Source: Azolla caroliniana
Taxonomy: Eukaryota; Plantae; Polypodiophyta
DNA: 64,000 nt
NCBI GenBank assembly: GCA_043228905.1
Contig: JBHGNT010000009.1
Span: 10,106,001 to 10,170,000 of the forward strand
Reading direction: 5' to 3'
A program made the translations under genes and the position numbers. Under the pieces are notes generated by a model that saw only the letters and a program-made list of their open reading frames with translations, was not told where the DNA came from and searched no databases. This document shows, piece by piece, positions 58,358 to 64,000 of this stretch; the stretch's first letter is position 1; each line of letters opens with the position of its first letter.

Positions 58358-61130
58358 AAATTGTGTTGCCTTCCTTCCCGGAGGCGCCACCTTCGATTTC
58401 CTAGCCGAAATCGGACCAAGAGTTGTGGTACGTGGTGGTCAGGGCGATACCGGAAAACATGATTTCAAATACGTTACGTAAGGAAGGTCTCTTCCTCGAG
58501 AATGTTTCACCACATCAATTGCATAAGGGATATCAATCACATAATACCAACAAAAGAAATAGACCCAAAACGATATGTATTATGAGTATGTAATGAATAA
58601 AGTTACATGGCCCATGACCGGATTTAACAACAAAGTAATAGTATGACCTAGACCCTCAAATCCCGTAATCATGAGCTATAGTTCCCTTCTTCTCTTTGCT
58701 CCCCCTTTTCTTGTTCTCATGTTCTTATTTTTATAGCTTTTCCCTTCCTCTTTGCTTTGGCACACTTTGCTTCTTCCCGTTCTTGGCTGCGCATACTGCG
58801 ACTGTCTTCGTTCCTTACGGTTGTTCACCTACTTTGACCTACTTCCTATTAAGTTTCTTAGAATTACAATTTTGGCCCATGGACAACACTTGAGCTTTCT
58901 GATGATGTGAAGACAACTCGCACTGGAGGTGTTGTAGTCGGGGGAGGTGCTGCTTTGCACTAGGGTTTGGTGAGATCATTGGAATGTCCAAGAGACACCA
59001 TCGAGGATGGTTGCCAGTATAGGCATAGAAAGGTGTGACCTTGGTAGAAGAGTGTATGGTGTTATTGTACGCAAATTCTGCAAGATGCAATATATGACTC
59101 CAATCATCTTGTGGATAACTGATGAAACATCAAAGATACTGCTCAAGTGTTTGATTTGTGCGCTCTGTTTGGCCATCAATTTCGGGATGATATGCTGAAG
59201 AGAGTTTGCAAGAGATTCAGAGCCCGTTACATAGGTGCTTCCAAAAGTGAGATAAATTGCGGACCATGATCACTAATTATGTCGTTTGGAAGAGAATGAT
59301 GGCAAAATACTTCACGCATAATGATATCTATTGTTTCTTGACTACTGATGCTCTTTGAAGGGAAAAAAATGTGCCATCTTGGTAAATCGATCCACTATGG
59401 TTAAAATAGTATCAAAACCGTGTGAAGGTGGCAGATTTGTAATGAAATCCATAGAAATTGACGGCCATGGCTTGCTTGGAGTCAGAAATGATTGTAACAA
59501 CCCATAAGGATGATGCTTAGGCATTTTGGCTCGACAACATGTGTCACATGTGCAAACATAATCTTCAACAAATTGTTGTAAATGAGGCCACCAAAATGAT
59601 CGCTTCACTAGCTCCATGGTCTTGGCAATACCAAAGTGTCCGGCCATACGGGCATCATGATAGTGCTCCAACACTAGATGGCGTGGTGATCCATCAGGGA
59701 CATAAAGGAGATTCTTGTAGAGAAGTAAGTTATCTTTCCATTTGAACTCCTTATAGAGTCGAGATGTACCTGGCAATGCATGATTTGGACCAAGGTGGGC
59801 AAAGACATCATTAGCAAAATCATCAGAGTGAAGTTGTTGTCGAATAATATCAAGAAAATTTGAATCCAGTGGCATGGCACAAACCGTGGTTGCTTGTACT
59901 TTTGCTGGACCAAGGAGAACTTGCTTTTGTTTGTCGAAAGCTGGACCTCCAAGGCAAAGTGCCAAATATGAGCGTCAAGATAGAGCATATGTTTGCCCTT
60001 GTTGTTTCCCGGGGCAGAAAATGATCTTGAAATCAAAACAAGTTAAATATTGCGCCCACTGAGCTTGTTGCCTATTTAGCACTCAAGCCATCGGAAAATA
60101 CGTAAGATTTTTTTGGTCACTATAAATGAAGATTTGATGAGGCGAAACTTCCAAGAAATGTCGCCATTGGGCAAAAGGGTCGACCACAACTACTAACTCT
60201 TTGTCATGCACCTCGTAGTTGATCTCCGCAACATTAAATTTTCTTGAGTGAAACGCAACTGGATGCAACTGCCCATCTTCACCTAGCTATGATAGGATGC
60301 TCCCCAATGCAAAGTCGGATGCATATGCCTCAATGGTAAATGGCTTTTCTGGATCAACATGAGCTAAGACAGGAGCTTATGTGAATGCCTTTTTCAACTA
60401 AGTATAGGCTTTGTCCGCCTCAGGAGTCCAAACAAATGCTTGATTTTTCTTGGTGAGTTGAGTGAGCGGCAATAAAATCTTCGAATAATTCCATATGAAT
60501 TTGCGGTAGATGTTGGCAAATCCAAGGAAACACTGGACATTGCGGACGGAACTTGGAGTATGCCATTCCAATATTGTTTGAATTTTCGCTGGATCCATGA
60601 AGATACCTTTGGATGAAATGGTATACACCCAAGAACTCAACTTCTTTGCAATCAAAACTACACTTCTCCAGTTTGGCATAAAGACCATACTCTCTTAAGC
60701 GTTGGAGTACCTTCCGCACATGTATATCATGCTCTACATGTGTTCTAGAGTAAATCAATAGATCATCCAAATAGATGATGAGAAAGATATCTAGAAAATC
60801 TCGAAGAATGTCATTTACCATATGTTGAAACACGGTGGGAGCATTTGTAAGCCCAAAAGGCATTACTGTATACTCGAAATGGTCATACTGAGTGCGAAAT
60901 GTAGTCTTCCAGTCATCTCCCTGTCGAATATGGACAAGATTATATGCACCCCTTAGATCAATTTTGGTAAAATGCTTTGCCCCACCAATGCGCTCTAAAA
61001 GACTAGAAATTAAAGGTAGAGCATACCTATTTCTTATTGTGACTTTATTTAATCCCCGATAATCCACGACCAAACGAAGTGAGTCGTCCTTTTTCTTCAC
61101 AAAAAAGATAGGAGCACCAGTTAGAGACTT

Positions 61131-64000
61131 TGTTGAGAGGCAAGCTCAACCGGAGCCGGATTGGCTAAATAAGCTTGAGCCGGTAAGCGAGAGGAATCGG
61201 TATGCCGGTGACCAACCGAGCCGGTAAGCAGTAAGGACCGGTAAGCAAGAGGAGCCGGTATGCCAGTAAGCAGTAAGGACCGGTAAGTGAGTGTCCTTTT
61301 TCTTCACGAAAAAGATAGGAGCACCAGCTAGAGACTTTGTTGAGAGGCAAGCTCAATCGGAGCCGGATTGGCTGAATAAGCCTGAGTTGGTAAGCGAGAG
61401 GAATCGGTATGCTGGTGAGCAACCGAGCCGGTAAGCAGTAAGGACCGGTAAGCAAGAGGAGCCGGTATGCCGGATCCAATCTGTAACCGGAAGCCTAGTA
61501 TAGGTTAGACTACTAGGCAGTTATAGTCTCGTAGTTAGTGTCAGATGCTTGTGTGAGCATTGAAGTACACCGTACTTCTAACAGTCCCGTGTGGACTTGT
61601 ATAAATAGCGCTGATGAGCGCGTTGTAGACACAGAGCACAGAGTATTCATATAATTTTGAAAAATAGTGTGTTTTGCTCTCTCTCTCTCTCTCTCTCTCC
61701 CGCGTACTGTGTGTGTGTGTGTGTATTGTTCTTTCTAACGCTTCCGCAAGCTATCTTTCACATGGTATCAGAGCGCGTGGGTTGAGAACCTCTGCTGCAG
61801 ACATCTATGCTTGTGAAGGAAACCCTAACATATCGGAAAACAGACACAAAAGGAGAAATGGACAGAGGTATGGCTACGTTGCTCCGTGTGGAGAAGCTCG
61901 ACAGAACCAACTACGCATCTTGGTCATACAAGATGCACCAGTACCTGCTTGGGCATGGCTACTGGAGTTATGTCGACGGAGTGAACGACTTAGCACCGGA
62001 GATGACACACAAGGACTTCCTAGTGTGGAAACAGGCGGCAAGCAGGGTGATGTACTGCTTCGCGTCCAATGTCGGTGACCATCTACTCAGCCATATCCGT
62101 GACGCCAAGACACCGAAGGATGCTTGGGGAAACTTGAAAAAGGTCTTCGCCGCAAGCACCACTGCTCAGAAGCTGCAACTGAGACAAGAGTTGAGCAATG
62201 TTTGACAAAAGAACATGTCGATGGCAGATTACACAGACCAGATCAAAGGGATCTGTGACTCGCTTGCCTCTATTAACGTCACCGTAGAGGAAGACAAGAT
62301 GGTGCAGGTCTGTCTTGGAGGCCTGGCGTCCAAGTCCACAGCTTTCCGGACTGCGGTTTGTACAAGGGAGAATACGCCCTCATTTTTCGACTTACAGTCG
62401 ATGTTCCTTGTAGAGGAGAACCACGCCAGTGCATCTACCAGTGCATCCCCAGACAACTGGATGTTGTACATGGGAGCGGATCGGTCCTACGGGCGTGGTG
62501 GACGAGGCAGGTCGGTACGCAATGGAGGCGGTTGGCAAGAGCAGGAACGAAGGCACAGTGAGTGTGCCGACAGCAGTTCCGGAACTTCCACAAGTAGGGG
62601 CAGTCAAGGTGGTGCCGGAGGCCGGCATGACAAACCGGCTATGGAATGCTGGTACTGTGGCAAAAAGGGCCACAGGGAAAGCGAGTGCTAGAGAAAGCGT
62701 GCCGATTCGGACAAATCCGGATCCGGCAAGACCGGTAAGGAAGGTCGGCAAAGCTCGCACTACGCAAACGGATCGGGAGGATCCAAGAACGGTAAGGGGC
62801 CAGCCTTGGTGATGAAGCACAAGGAAAACTCAATGAAGAAGACCACTTCCAAATCGGAGGAAGTGTGGTATGTTGACTCCGGCGCATCGAACCACATGAA
62901 GAGCCATGGGGAGTGGTTCTCCTTTTTGGAGAAGCCGGATCAACTGGGAGTTGTCGAAACCGGAGACGACACTCCCCACCCAATCGTGCATGTCGGAGAA
63001 GTCCCTTTGAGCCACGTCGGACAGAGGGGGAAGTTGATAAATGTATTACATGTTCTGACGATCACGAAGAACCTGGTGTCGGTCAGACAGATCGTCGACC
63101 AAGGGATGCAGGTGTGGTTTACGCACCTCGGGTGCTTCATTGAGGATGAGGGCGAAGTTATTGCACAAGGTCGTAGAGATGGGCGGATGTTTATCCTCAA
63201 CACCAATGATGTCGGCACCGCACTGTTCGCCAAAGGACAGAAGGTCGAGTCGGATATCAACCTGTGGCACAAGCGTATCGGCCACGTCAACTGCCGGAGG
63301 CTTCAAGACCTGCAAACGGAACAAGTCGTTTTCGGTTTACCAAAGTTTAGCGACCGGAGAATCCAGATTTGTGAAGCCTGCCAACTCGGGAAGCAACACC
63401 GGCTTCCATTCCCCACTGAAAGAAATCGAAGCCATAACAAGCTCGATCTTATCCATTCGGATGTGTGGGGACCGGCACAAAATATTAGCATTGGTGGGAG
63501 TCGATATTTCGTCTCCTTCATTGACGACTACACGCGGCATACGTGGATCTACCTCATTGAGCGGAAGAGCGAAGTCTTCGAGTGTTTCCGGAGCCTCCAG
63601 AAGATGGTGGAACGGGAATCGGAGAGGAAGATCAAATGCCTATGGTCGGATGGCGGAAAAGAGTACTTTTTCGGCCAATTAAACAGCTATTTGCAACAAA
63701 TAGATACACACCGCAACAGAACGGTGTGGCCGAAAGGAAGAATCGGTCGCTGATTGACGCGGCTAGGGCAATGCTGGAGGAAAAGAGCATGCCCAAGTTC
63801 TACTGGGCGAAGGTGGTCCAAACGGCCGTTTACATCCAGAACCGGATTGGGGACAAGGTGTCACCTCACGAGCTGTATTTCGGGCGCAAGCCAAATTTGA
63901 GACACCTCCGAATATTCGGCAGCATAGCCTATGTACATGTGCCGGATGAGAAGCGGAGAAAGCTGGATGCAAAATCGGAAAAATGCATCCTAGTCGGCTA
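61131..64000 (+). mobile_element. Copia family B copy 3: LTR (61338-61762, start duplicated at 61131), PBS-Met 61763-61774, gag-PR-INT running off the window
   Basis: TGTTGAG start, TGGTATCAGAGC, CWYCGKKGH, WYVDSGASNHM, LIHSDVWGP; scattered stops. Confidence 0.92.

Larger units (their letters stand above)
56553..58889 (-). mobile_element. Deleted third copy (E3) of the Athila-like family
   Basis: LTR starts TGTTGTCCATGGG at 58889 and 57158 (58676-58889 duplicates 56948-57158); ORF3 C-terminal fragments 57255-58016; tRNA-like motif 57159-57203. Confidence 0.8.
55616..61130 (-). mobile_element. Chromoviral Ty3 element (Tcn1-like), 3' part: RT-RH-INT-chromodomain plus 3' LTR 55616-56061
   Basis: [38 protein letters not shown], chromodomain EYEVASILDSK...YLVDWLGY; PPT AGAGGAGGGATAG then TGTCATG; LTR with TTCTAGAA repeats. 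Confidence 0.9.

Noticed and set aside
61165-61480. CCGGTAAG repeats as a CRISPR-like array
   Set aside because: Irregular LTR U3 sub-repeats with no unique spacers, in eukaryotic context.

Overview
This is plant nuclear DNA. A non-seed plant such as a fern is inferred from the retroelement types but not proven. The window is almost entirely nested LTR retrotransposons: several Ty1/copia families, a Tcn1-like chromovirus, a divergent Ty3 family and an Athila-like Ty3 family. It also holds LINE remnants, a MITE-like insert and one intact host gene, an intronless DUF247 protein (26482-28230, minus strand). The main observation concerns three diverged copies of the Athila-like family (3129-12532 minus, 43293-52659 plus, ~56553-58889 minus). 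None has a polypurine tract before the 3' LTR. Instead each has a conserved copy of the 3' half of a tRNA-Arg-like sequence (T-arm plus acceptor strand ending in CCA, 2 nt before the LTR TG), with a 13-14 nt hairpin inserted at the A58/59 position. These elements therefore carry tRNA primer-binding sites at both internal ends, on opposite strands, which suggests PPT-independent, tRNA-primed or self-primed plus-strand synthesis. One copy has identical LTRs, so the arrangement transposed recently. Secondary observations include antisense tRNA-like Pol III modules inside two unrelated LTR families, a PBS-less Ty3 element with a candidate self-priming hairpin, a Q/N-rich prion-like Gag segment and a conserved coiled-coil accessory ORF.
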